A stretch of DNA of 64,000 nt from the NCBI GenBank assembly GCA_000004985.1, contig GG738917.1, one strand, 5' to 3'. Below are positions 31,201 through 43,900 of this stretch, piece by piece (position 1 is the first letter of the stretch; each line of letters begins with the position of its first letter). The notes below the pieces were generated by a model. That model was not told the DNA's origin and ran no database searches. It saw nothing but the letters and a program-made list of their open reading frames with translations. The stretch is from Naegleria gruberi (lineage: Eukaryota). The position numbers and the translations under genes were made by a program.

Positions 31201-32559
31201 ATTAAGTTTTGCTTTGACCTTTTGGTAAATTGAGAGGGTGTTTTACACTATGTTATTGTTAACTAATAATTCTGCCTAATAGAGGTTGTTTGCTAACTGT
31301 TTATTTCAATTGCAATATCTCTTCTTGCTGGCTTGAATTTGTTCAACATATTTAGGACTCCAGAAAAGGCAAACATTATTGAAATGAACGACTTCGATGA
31401 AAAGTGGAGTCTAAATTGTTTCCTAAAAACATGATTGGCTTTGAGTTGTTTAGGTTGACTAGTAATAAAATCATCATTTGGAACTTGTTGCGCATTTGCT
31501 TAATACCCAAGTGTAGGAGACTTGACATAAACCTCTAGAATCCTCAACCCATCTATACTTTCCTTTCTGTATTTAATTTTGTTTTTTCATCATTGTTGTT
31601 TTAATATGTTTACCAAATTCTTCTTGTTCCATAGCTTTCAGATTTTTTCGATTTATGATTCCCAGAGTGTTTTAACAAATCCTCTCTTTTCTGATTGAAT
31701 AATGAATAGTTACCATGAATTTATTCAACCGAAACCTCCAGTCTCGATATCAGCATTAAAGTTGAAAATTTTAATGGTAGCAATGCTCCAAGCAAAAGCT
31801 TTCCGATCAATAAATCCATTTAGTAACAAGTAAAACCACTGGAAGATTCCTCCCAATTCATCTACCTACGCCTTCTCAAATTCTGAACCTTGTTCTTTAG
31901 AATTACTCCTCCAAAATATGAACCAACTACCAAGATCCATCATAAACTGATTCAAATATAATGAACATATCACATCATGTAGACTTTAAACGACATGCCA
32001 TAGATACATCACCACAACAAAAACATGTTCTCCTCCAATAATTCCTTATCGTTCCAACAAGTGTGTTTAAATTCAAGAGCATTGAATTTAAAAAGTAATA
32101 ACTATGGTCCACTCAGAATGTCTCTTGATGAGTATCCAATTTTCTTACATAGAGAAGGCAGAAACAATAACAATTAATTCCTCTATCACATCCGTAATAA
32201 ACTTCATCATACAAACATGAAAGAGGATGTTCCAAGATAATCATACAGGGTACTACAGAAAGAATGATGAAGATTTGTTTACCAAGTCACAGAAAGGAGG
32301 AAACAAGAAGAAGGAATACAAATGGAGGTTAAGAATACTTCCCTAAACTGTTCATAACAGTAATTATTATTATACTATTCAACATGTTGTTTTAAATTAG
32401 TTAGCGATCAACCTATCGATGCTGGTAATGGCTAAAGAATACGATGAAGCATTTTTAATTTTTACTGTTCAAAAATTAGATTGTAAACAACGAGCACATA
32501 ATGGTAAACCAAGTTTTAAAAATTTTGTTGAAAAAAAAATCCATTAATCCATATTCACA

Positions 32560-33102
32560 ATGCCAAAGGAAACCGTTGACAGAAAACTCAAGAAGGACAA
32601 TCCAATGAGAAAGGTCCAAATCCAAAAGCTTTGCTTGAATATTTCCCCTGGTGAAGGTGGTGATAGATTGCAAAAGGCTGCTAGAGTCTTGCAAGATTTG
32701 ACTGGTCAAGCTCCAGTTTTCCACAAGGCCCGTTTGACTATCCGTTCTTTCGGTATTAGAAGAAACGAAAAGATTGCCTGTTCCGTCACTGTTAGAGGTG
32801 AAAAGGCCTACGAATTGTTGGAAAGAGCTTTGAGAGTTAAGGATTTCGAATTGAGACAACGTAACTTCTCTGATGCTGGTAACTTCGGTTTTGGTATCCA
32901 AGAACACATCGATCTTGGCTTGAAGTACGATCCTAACATTGGTATCTTCGGTATGGACATCTTCGTCGTTTTGGGTCGTCCAGGTTTGAGAGTCTCCAAG
33001 AAGAAGAGAGCTCCAGGTAAAATTGGTGTTCAACACTTGTTGAGCGAAAAGGATGCCAAGCAATGGTTCGTTGATAACTTCAAGGGTACCATCTTGAACT
33101 AA
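32560..33102 (+). CDS. RPL11: 60S ribosomal protein L11 (uL5)
   Basis: 180-aa ORF: [69 protein letters not shown]. Codon usage is markedly GC3/optimal-codon biased relative to neighbours, as for highly expressed ribosomal protein genes. The antisense 229-aa ORF is an artefact. Confidence 0.95.
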   Translation: MPKETVDRKLKKDNPMRKVQIQKLCLNISPGEGGDRLQKAARVLQDLTGQAPVFHKARLTIRSFGIRRNEKIACSVTVRGEKAYELLERALRVKDFELRQRNFSDAGNFGFGIQEHIDLGLKYDPNIGIFGMDIFVVLGRPGLRVSKKKRAPGKIGVQHLLSEKDAKQWFVDNFKGTILN

Positions 33103-33262
33103 ATTAAAAAATAAATCAAAACATAAAATTTCATAAATTGCATTTAAAAAACAATAATACAACAATATTCATCAACGAAGATCACCAACAAATACTCAAC
33201 TAATTTTTGTTAACTCTGATTAAAGAAGGTTGTCATCAAAATGTCTTCTTCAAGATTAAAAA

Positions 33263-33736
33263 ATGTCAAACAACAACTCCTTTGATGTCATTCGTTTTCG
33301 CTCCTTGCTCAAAAAATATGCTAAACCACAAAGTGAAGAAATTGAAACAAGTCAAGTTGTTGATTTATTAAAAGAATTTGATAAGAAAAGATTTGGAACA
33401 TTAACAATCAAAGATGTACAATCACAAATTGATATTGATAAATATGGATCTGTTTGTTTTTCATCAGTGGAAAACTTTGCTTGTCATCACACTTTAAACG
33501 ATCGTTCAACATTTGTGACAGATACCATTTCATTATTCTACAATAATTATTCCTCGGATAAAGGTAAAAGATTAGATAACAAATCCGATAGATTAATTGA
33601 AGAAAATGATATGATCAAATTAATAATTCAAATGTCAGACAATTCTCTTTCCACTGAAGATGCTTCTCGAATGATAAAGGAATTACAATCAAATCAATTG
33701 TACAGTGTAAAGAAATTAGCTGAAAAGCTTTTATAA
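33263..33736 (+). CDS. Hypothetical protein (157 aa), weak EF-hand-like loop (DKKRFGTLTIKD)
   Basis: ATG ORF with coding-like composition. The motif is degenerate, so the call is weak. Confidence 0.35.
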   Translation: MSNNNSFDVIRFRSLLKKYAKPQSEEIETSQVVDLLKEFDKKRFGTLTIKDVQSQIDIDKYGSVCFSSVENFACHHTLNDRSTFVTDTISLFYNNYSSDKGKRLDNKSDRLIEENDMIKLIIQMSDNSLSTEDASRMIKELQSNQLYSVKKLAEKLL

Positions 33737-34117
33737 TTTATTGATGATAAATTTCATTCAATTGATTACATTATTTAATAATAATAATAATATTCAATCT
33801 ATTATTTGATTATAAATATTGAGGAGAATGACAGCCACTTCCATTCATTCACTCACTCTCCAACATGAACCCATTAGGAGGAACAGTCCACACAACCATG
33901 TCTCAATTTGTATTTGGATCGAATTTTAAATGTAACGGTCATATTTTTAAACAAACATCCTCAGTTCGAAAAATTACACGAAGTCAAGTCCGCACAAGCA
34001 TCAAAGAAATGGCAATTTTCAATCGAACAACAAATTCAAAAAAAAGAGTACAACATATTGTTGCAATTTTCAAAATTTCAATCAATTGAAAACAGCTACA
34101 TTTAAATTCACTCCATT

Positions 34118-34939
34118 ATGAATAACCTTCTCAAAAGTATCCGAAGTCAAATCCATCAACATTTTACCTCCTCCAATAATAATAATAATACAGCTACTAC
34201 TTCATTACTTGGTAGTTATATGTTGAGTAGGAAAAGCTGCACAACCAAACAATGGAATGTTTTTGTGATTGCCTGTGATGGAAATATCGGAGTTGGTAAA
34301 AGTACACTCTGCAAGGTGATGCAACAATATATTCATAAAGAGTTTAGTAGTAGTATACTGTTGTGTCATATTGAAGAGGATGTTGAGAAGAATATTGAAC
34401 TCTTTAAAAAGTACTTGTCCAATCAGAGAGAATATGGTCTTGAATTTCAGAAATGGATTATTAAAGATAAGATTCAACAATTCTTAGATAAGGTTTCAAT
34501 ATGGGAAGATGAAAATGTTGAGCAGGATAAGATTGTTGTCATTATGGATAGATCATTGTTGGCAGATCGTTTTGTCTTTTTCAGAAATTTATTAGAAAAG
34601 AAACTAATGAGTCAAGAACAATTACAAGATTATGAACAAACATTTGAGAAAATGTCTAGAGAATATCCAGTTAACTTGTTTTATCCAGATTTTCACATCA
34701 TTTTAGAAGCTTCAATTGATGTTGCTATGGAAAGAATTAATAGAAGAAATAGAGTTGGTGAAAGTTCAGTTTACAATAAGAATTACTTACAAATGATTGA
34801 AGATTTCCATCTTGACATGTATAAAACCTTACCAGTGAGAGAAGGAGCAATTGTATATAGACATGATAACAGTATTAATCAAAGTATTACAAATATTGAA
34901 CAATTTCTTACAGAATCACCACACAATAGATTTGTGTAA
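34118..34939 (+). CDS. Deoxynucleoside kinase family protein (dCK/dGK/dNK-like) with N-terminal extension
   Basis: P-loop IACDGNIGVGKSTL; the family 'ERS..DRY' segment present as MDRSLLADRFVF (compare dCK ERSIYSDRYIF); Arg-rich lid region INRRNRVGE. Confidence 0.75.
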   Translation: MNNLLKSIRSQIHQHFTSSNNNNNTATTSLLGSYMLSRKSCTTKQWNVFVIACDGNIGVGKSTLCKVMQQYIHKEFSSSILLCHIEEDVEKNIELFKKYLSNQREYGLEFQKWIIKDKIQQFLDKVSIWEDENVEQDKIVVIMDRSLLADRFVFFRNLLEKKLMSQEQLQDYEQTFEKMSREYPVNLFYPDFHIILEASIDVAMERINRRNRVGESSVYNKNYLQMIEDFHLDMYKTLPVREGAIVYRHDNSINQSITNIEQFLTESPHNRFV

Positions 34940-34999
34940 TTATTAGTCAAACCTAATTTTGTAAATATTTCAACAACCATATTAAACAACCTAATTTAT

Positions 35000-37900
35000 T
35001 TAAAGCTTGAAGAATTTAGAATATTTGCCCATATTTAAGAGACCATTGTTTGCTTCAACAGTTGGATGTACAAGGAATGCAATTGAATTTTCAGCTTTGA
35101 GCACAACATTAACTTCTGGACAACACTTCTTAACTGTTTCAATAGTTTCTTGGAATACCTCTTCAACATTCTTAAAGTTAACAAATGAATAGCTTACTCT
35201 CTTGTCATTAGTTAATTGAATGCATTGTCTATTACTCATATTCCTCTTTCCAACCTTGGAGATCTTTACAAGTTGAGAGTATGGAAGTATCATCTTTAAA
35301 CATGAACCACTATTAACAGTTGTAGTGAAACATAGACAATCTGTGAAAATGTAAAATTCACCAATCAACTTGGTATCATAATCAGTACAACTGTACTTGT
35401 TGAATAATCTTGTTTCTGGTTTGAGATTAAATGTCTTTCTAACAACATCAGAGACAGGATATCCCTTCTTTGAGATAACCTTTTGTTGAGATGCAATATC
35501 AGAATCCTTATCATCCTCCTTTGTAGTGTTAATAAATAAGAGCTTGTTAACAAGTGATGAATCTTTTGCTTTGAATTCACTTGCATTCTTCAAGATGAAT
35601 GTTTGAATAACTTCAAATGCCTTCTCTCTATCTTTGAAACATGAAAATTGGAATTCCTTCTCAGATTTGGAAACAGTAATTGAATTATCGAGTGCTCCTG
35701 CACCAAATGTAGATCTGAATACACTCTTAATTTTACCTATAGAAATCTTGATATAATCAATTTGAGTGTTATATTGAGGTTCTGATGTGAAAAAGTTAGC
35801 AGTTCCTCTAATTGCAGTCATTGGATTCAAGTAATGTAGCATTGAATATTCCTTGTTTGTTGCTTCAATTGTAACATCAAGTTTAAATAACTTGATAAGG
35901 GATGATATTGGAATCCAACTGATACAAATATCAGGTGAACTCAAAATACAAATAAATCCGTCATTTCCTTTGTACATGCATCTGAAGAAATCAGTGATAA
36001 CTAATTTAATTTCTTCGTCAGCTCCAGTAATCTTTGTTGGGAACTTTAAAAAGTTCATGAATTCTTCGCCAAGTTGACCTGCAAGCCCTTTTCTACATGA
36101 TCTTACAAAAGCATCCAATCTAAAAACAATATCTTTCAAATAATCAGAGCTTTCCATTTCAAAGAATTCGGATTCAATCATCTTGGCTTCATTTTCCACC
36201 ATTTCTGTAATATTCTTCTTTTCAAGTTCAAGGATGGCTTTTTGATGAAGGAGAGATTCAATTTCCTTTCTCAAATCCTTTGCTTTAGATCTTGTTTGTT
36301 TTCTTTCATTTGTAATTACTCTCATAGATTTAACATGTTTGTATTTCTTTTTCAATCCATCAATTTCCTTTCTCAAATTATCCAAAGATTGTTTGGATTG
36401 TTGATAATTATCTTTAGCAGTTTTAAGTGCTTTTTGGAACATGTCAAAATCACTATTAATTAAAGCTTGATTACCTTCAAACAATGACATTTCTGAAGTA
36501 ACAAACTTGTTAGCATCAGGGTCATTCATTCTCTTATTTCTTGTTTCAATGGCTCTTCTGTGCAGAATAGCAAATATATAATTACTTGTTACAATAATCT
36601 TACTCTTAACTTCTTCTGCATCAGCAATTTGATCTTTCAAATCATGAATTTCTTCTTCTTTATCTTTTCTAGCTAAATCCTTATTCATTGTTTCTATGAG
36701 ATTGGCAACATCTTCAATTTGGATTGATTTTTCATTGTATTCATCAATTAGCCTCTTTGTAGATGTCAAACTCAATTGGAATAATTCAGAAATAAAATCA
36801 AAATGTTCCTTAATGTACTTTACATCAAGACCAGATCCATTTGCATTGAAATAATCCATGAAAGATTCAAATGTTGTTTTGAATTTTTCAATTTGAGATC
36901 TTGTTAGAGTTGGTCTATCAGCAGGAGGAATAGCACATTCCTTCAACTCATCAATTAACATGTTAAAGATATTTCTAAGAACAACCTCAAATACCCTATC
37001 ATTGAGGACACTATAAAGAGTAGCCAATTGATCATCCAAATAATCAAAAAGTGGTGTCATGAGCGAGTTGAGATCAATCTCAGAAACATTTGGTTGTAAA
37101 TTATTAACTGGTAGTCTATTGGATGATGTAGTTCTTGTAGGAGTTGAAGGATTACTTCTTGTAGGAGTTCCTGGAGAAGAAGGAACAGCACCAGGTTGAC
37201 TAATCTTTGTAATTGTATCAATTAAACTTTCCTTCATGGTCTTGAAGATTAATTGTGAAAGGTGGTTATTCATCTTTTCTTGGATCATTGACTTTAAAGA
37301 TGTTAACAATACTTTCATAGTATCGTGCATCATTCTCATACCTTCCAACAGGTCATCCTTCTTCTTTTGTGAATAAGATGAAGTTACGGATGTACTTAAA
37401 TCAATAGATTGAGATTCATCATCTTCATCCAAGGATCCTAAATCATAATCTTCGATTTGATTGGCAATTTCAGATTGTTGCTTCAGCAATTGTTTGTGAA
37501 TATCTTCAGAGAGTGATCTCACTTGATTAATAGTTTCTAAAATATTATTCATACATAAACCCATTTTAGAAACAATTTGTTTGTGAACATCCTTTCTAGT
37601 TTCTTCATACAAATCTTCTTCCTGTTGTTGTTGTTGAACAGTAGTTTTTCTCTTCAATAACATATCCTTATATTTGGCACTTGTTTTTCTATTGACATAT
37701 TCTTCTTCAATCTTTTTCATCTTTGTGGTATTATCAATAAATATTTCCAAATTCATAGTCGCATAATTTTCAATAACTGTTGCAATAACGTGTGTATAGG
37801 TTACATAGATGAGAGGAAGAGTTTCAAGTGAAGAGTTACCTGTTCCAAACTTGGAATTTGTAGACTCAGCCAAAGTTCTAAAAGAATCCAAAATTGATTC

Positions 37901-40900
37901 AGAGGCATATTGGGCAGGTGGTTGAATTTCTGATTTTAAGAATTGTAAACTTGTTTCTAAAATAATTAAACTTTGTCTTAATGATGTGAATGTATCAATA
38001 ACTGATGTAGTATAACTAACATCTTGAGTAATTGGTTTCCATTCACCATAGTCAACTGCCTTCTTACACCATGAAGTTGCACTCTTTTCAAACGTTTCAA
38101 TCCACTTGTAAACATATGGAATGAAGATATCTTTAAGTGCATATGGTTGAACATTAGCATGGTCAGCTAATAATTGATAAATCTTTTCAATCTTTGATGG
38201 TAAATCGAATAAACCTAAAGGAAGTTCTCCTCTATCAGTGTAATATCTAAATTTGCTTGATTTTAACTTGTGTAGTTCAATTTCAATACATGAATAGACT
38301 TGATTAGACACAATTTTCATTACACCAACACTTGAAGGGAAAGTAGGTTCGAAATGAGTTTCATATCGTGGTAAATGTTCATTTAAAACTTCAATGAGAC
38401 ATAATAATTGAACTGGATGAAGACCTCCACTCTCATCAGGTTGTAAATTTGGATCTTTCTCTGCTAATTTGTTAATAATTTTACCTCTATAATAATCAAA
38501 CAAATTAACCATACTATTTTCGATACCTTCCTTTGTTGCAATTGAAAGTGATTTGTAACCATGATTAATACCATCAGGATCTGCCATACATGAGAAGGCA
38601 TGAATTAAAGTTGAAACCTTAACAGCAAACATGATAATGGTATCCATAGTTTCATTTGCTGATTTCCAGTGATTGTCAATAATGAAACTCAACTCTCTAT
38701 TAATATTCTTTGCTGCTTGGGCAAAGATTCTCTTCTCAGAGGATGTCAAATAATATCTATCAATAACTGGATCATCATCAAGTAATTTGTCCTTCTTTTT
38801 CAATTTTCCTGCAGCAGAAAGATTTCTTGTAATAATGGTTCTTACCAAGTGAAGTAAACACTTGTAAATATTACCAATTTCAGAGTAGGAATGTTTGAAT
38901 TGTCTTGAGAGTTTTTCCAACAAGACCAAGAATGCAAAGACACCATCTCCATATCCATAAAAGTTAGAAACAGCTTGAATAACTTCGAGAGATTCATCTT
39001 TAAGTGTCAACATCTTAGTTTTAACTTTGGTTGATTTATCTTCTTCCTCATCTTCATCATCGCTATCAGCTGCTGAGCTTCTCTTTTCTTCAACAGTAAA
39101 AAGTGAATATTGAAGAATACAATCAATAAATTGTTGGATAATAACATGTCTATATCTAACATCTTCATCACCATTATCGTGCCTCTTCTTTACATCATCA
39201 AGTGATAAACTGAATTGAGAAAGTGCTTCATCAATATTCTTTGTTTCAGTTTCAATGAAATTGTCATATTCACGATCTGATTCAAAGTGCTTTTTAGCAT
39301 AGAATGGGTGTTCATCTTCAGAATCAACAAATCTGTGATATCTTGTTGTACATTCTTCTAAAAGTAGATTTTTAACTCCTAGTTTTTTCAATTCTCTCAA
39401 TTTGTAGTCTTTCAGATCATCTCCAACAAAACAAGCTTCCGCAACAATATTATACAAAATATTGAACTTTTCTGATGGCATACCAATATTAACATCAAAG
39501 TACATTACAAAAACAGCTCTAGCAGCAAGATTAAATGCTTCCTCACGTTGGGATTTCAAAATAGTAACAGAAGCTCTTGAAAATCCTGTTAAAACTGCTC
39601 TAATATTAGAAAATGGATCTCTCATAATGTTATTTTGTCTATCCATTTCATAGAGCTTTTTGGTAAATTCAACTTGTTCTTTTCTGTTTGAAATTTTGTG
39701 AATTTTAACAGATTTTCTATTCTTTCCAGTTGGGATCACAGGGCTGGTTGCTTCATCTTGAGTATTTTTGAGTAAATCTTCAAAATCTTCACCATCCAAT
39801 AATTCATCAAGACTCAAACTTGGAACATTGACATCTTGATCTGCTTCCTTCTTATTCTTTGTTGAAGGAGTATTAATGGTTCCAATAACATTATCCATAA
39901 TTTCATGACCTTCCAATTCTTCGAAAGCTGTAGCACTATCAAATGCCATTTCAGACTTGTCTTGAACTTTACCAAGTTTTTTCAAAGTCTTTGAATTCTT
40001 CATGATTGGAATTTCATAATTATCAATAATATTGAGAACAGTTCTAAGAATTTGAACAGATAAACCCTGCCTTTCTCTATCATGTTCTAAACCCATAACA
40101 GATAAGAAGAGTGACTCGTAGGTATTTCTGAATTTTTCTGCATGTAATTTGGCAGCTGTACAGAAACCGTCAGTATAGTTAGGGAACATTTTGATCATCG
40201 TTGCAGATTGAGTCATTGCTTCATCATGTCTTTCAGGGTCTTTATCGAGCATGAGTGATTCAATGTGGTGACGAAGATATCTCTTATTGTTTGGTTCCAA
40301 TAAGACAGCTTCAGAGAATAATTCTTGTGCCTTTTGAAGATCTTCATAACTGTCATCCTCTTCTTCAATTTCAATCTTTTCTTTCTTTCCACCATAACTA
40401 AAGACACTGAGTGCACTAAATATGGATGTGTAGAGACTTTCATCTTCTTCCTTTGAATTTTTAATTTCTTGTTTGATTTCATCTTTTTTACGTTTCAAGA
40501 ATGCTGTATAATTTTCAAAGAAGATTTGACCTTCTTCATCTTTTTCAGCTGCAGTAATACTCTTTGATTCTCTATCATAAATTTCATCTTTCAATAAGAG
40601 TAAGTTATCCATAGCTTCTTCATCGTCAAATGTTAAACTTTCTTCAATAATTTCCTTAGCCTTTTCATAATCACACAATTCCAAATAGATTGTTGCAAGG
40701 GTAGCATAAACTTCTTCACTAGTATCATGTAGGAGAGCTTCTTGAGCGTCTTTCAATGCAATTTCTGGTTGAGAAAGTTTAAGTAACACTCTGGCTCTTC
40801 TACATAAATATTGGGCACAATCATCGTGTAGGTGAATAGCACTAGAGTAGAGTTCAAGTGCTTGTTCATAATTTCCATTGGCATAACAATCTTCAGCATC

Positions 40901-43900
40901 TCTTGCTCTCAAATAGGCTTCATTCCATTGGCTTTCAATTCTGATTAATTTTTCCAATCTCAATCTCAAAGTTTGATCATTTGGATACATATCCATACCG
41001 TTTTGTAATAAGGTTTTAGCTTCTGAGAAATTTTTGAGTTCTAAATGGATATCAGAATGTAATCTAATAGCAATAATATTCTTTGGATCGAACTTTAAAA
41101 CCTTGGTGGAATCATCAAGAGCTTTTTTGAACTTTTGTCTCTCGAATAATGCTTTCGATCTTGCCAATAAATATTCAATATTATTTGGACGTAATCTGAT
41201 GGCCTTATTCAAACAATTAATAGCTACATCAAATTCTTCAGCTTCAATGGCTTCTCTTCCTTCTTCAAATTTCTTCTCTGCATCAAAACTAGCTGTTTGA
41301 AGTTTTACATTATGCCAAACATCATTGAGTGGTGTATTGAATGGAGATTGAGCAAGAGCACTATTACACAATTCAATACTTTCTTCAAGATTTCCTGTTT
41401 CCATCAATGATTTACACAATAATACATAAAAGTGGGGGAATGTACTTTCTAATTTAACAGCTTGTCTACAATCTTCAATAGATTTTTCAAATTCTTCATT
41501 CTCATAATAGCATTCAGCTCTTTCAAAGTATAATGAAGCATAATCTCTATCATCTTGAGTCTTTTCTTCACTATCTTCTATTTTCAATGAGAGAGCTTCA
41601 GTAAATTGTCTTATCGCTTCATAAAAGTCATTTTTGGACTTGGATTTCATACCTGCTTTAACAAGGAAATCAAACTTGTCTCTTGTTCGTTTCAAATCTT
41701 CTACTTTCTTTGTTAAATCTTCTAACTTTTCAATATGTTCAGATTGAAGATACAAGTGACGTTCATATTCTTCAATTTTTCTCTTCTTTTGTGCTCTATG
41801 TTTAAAAGTCATATCTTTAAGATAGTTAGTGGCAATATCGAATTGACGCATTGAGGTATAAGCTCTTGCACCAAGAGAAATAGCTTCATAAATGACGTCT
41901 ACATTAACTCTATCGACTGTATCTTCCTTCTTTTCATCATCAGTTTCTGCCTTTTTATATCTTTGACCAAGGAAGGAAAGATAGAGACCATCAGTAATTT
42001 GTCTCATCACTTCAATAGCCTCCTTAATATGCGATACACAATGAATATATTGTCTGAGTAAATATTTACATCTTGCTTTGGATAAATAAAAATCTGCACT
42101 GTGTGGATAAAGATCAATGGCTTCATCCAATAAACTGACTATTTGTTCAATTTGTGCAATGGTCTTTTGGGGAAGTTCTAAACTTGTAATATTAATTTTG
42201 TAAAGTGTAAATTTAGGATTTTCAGTGACAATTTCCTTTTCGACATCTTGGAAAATAAACAAGGCTCTTTCATATTTCATTTGGGCAAGTTGTTTCTTCT
42301 TATATAAATCCTTAGACTTCATGAATTGACTCTTAATGTTTGAGTTTTCAGGGAACATTCTCATGGCTGCTTCCAGAACTGTAATAGAATGATGGTATCT
42401 ATTTAAAAACTGTAAAGCAACACCCTGACACAGGTAACCTTCATAACTCTTTGGTGAGATTCTAGAGGCGAGAACGGCAACTTTCAAGGCATTCAAGTGT
42501 TTCTTCTTTCCTAACAAAATATCAACCTTATCTGAAAGATAGGAAATATTAGTTGGATCCTTTTCAATAACTTCATTGATAGTGAGTAGGGCGTCTTCAT
42601 AATTTCCTTGTTGGAATAACTGTTTGGCATAAATTGATAAGTTGGCTGCTTTTTGCATGGTTTCCTTCTTCTTTTCTGCGTCCTTGAGTGCTTGTTTTAA
42701 TTGATTGAACCCTTCATTAACTGAAACTCCATCCATTTCCAAGAATTCATCAGCAGCATTTACAACCTCACAGTTTTCAACACCTTGTCCAAAAAATTCA
42801 ATAGCCTTGGTAACCTTTCTTTTGGCCAAATAACATGAACCAATAATATAATAGGCTTTCCAATAGTCGACAGCCATTTCCAAAACTTTCTTTGCATATT
42901 TTACGCATTGCTTATAGTCTGTCTTGAGATAAAAAGCATCAGCCAAGGCAATAATGTACTTGACACCAAATGGCTCGAATGAAATAACTTTTTTTAACAA
43001 ATCAATAGCCTGATCACAATCAGATTGTTCCATATTTACATCAATTTCCTTAAATAAATATTCTTCAAAGAAAAGATCAAGAGTTTGAGATTCTTCTTCT
43101 ACAATTTCTTCTTGCTCTTTCATTCTAATTTCATCAATCTTATTAATTTTTTCTCTGTAAGATTCTAATAAATCCTTAGCTTTGTCAAACAAACTTTCAA
43201 CAATCATACTTCTATCCCTCTTTTCAGAGAGGAATCGTTCAAACTTTTCAAGTTTTTCTCTCAGATAAACATCTTGTGGTTTTTCATTTTTGAATGAAAG
43301 AATATTTGAAAAACTGAAATTAGCAGCCTTATTGGCCTTTTTGAAAAATTGTTGAATTTGCTCTTCAGCACTGTCAATGGTGGTCAAGCCAGTGTCATAT
43401 TGCTTCTTTCTTTCAAATGCTGTGGCCTTTACAATATATACAGAGGTCATCCAAGATCCAATTGAAGCGTAATCAATTGTTTTCTTTTCCTTGATATCTA
43501 TCATATCAAGCATTTCAACATATTTGAGGAATCTATTGGCATCATTGATTGCCTCATTAAAGTTACGTTCTTTAATTCTACACTTTGCTCTGATCTTGTA
43601 ACTCCTCAATATCAAATTGTTAGGGAATTTACCCTTCATTAATTTTGATTCTTCATCTGAAATTACATCTGTTAACATTAATCTGGCAGAAATATGATCA
43701 TTGAGTCTGTAAAAAATAATACCCTTCTTGGTTTTAAAATCACTATCATCGTGTCTGAGTTTCAGACCTTCCTCTACATCAATATTAGCCTTGTCCCACA
43801 TTTTCAATTTCATATAACACTCAGCTCTTGTTCTATATTGTTCTATATTCTTAGGATTCTTTCTAATTTTGATTGTTTCTGCTTCAATCAATTTTACAAG

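Noticed and set aside
31200-32560. Intact tRNA-targeted retrotransposon or 5S/snRNA gene in the ORF-free interval
   Set aside because: No ORF of reverse-transcriptase size, no LTR-like terminal direct repeats visible, and no match by eye to conserved U6, 5S or SRP RNA cores. Only a remnant or novel ncRNA remains possible (see finding).
32476-33165. 229-aa ORF antisense to RPL11
   Set aside because: It fully overlaps a highly conserved ribosomal protein gene on the other strand. GC-rich codons of RPL11 suppress stops in the antisense frame.
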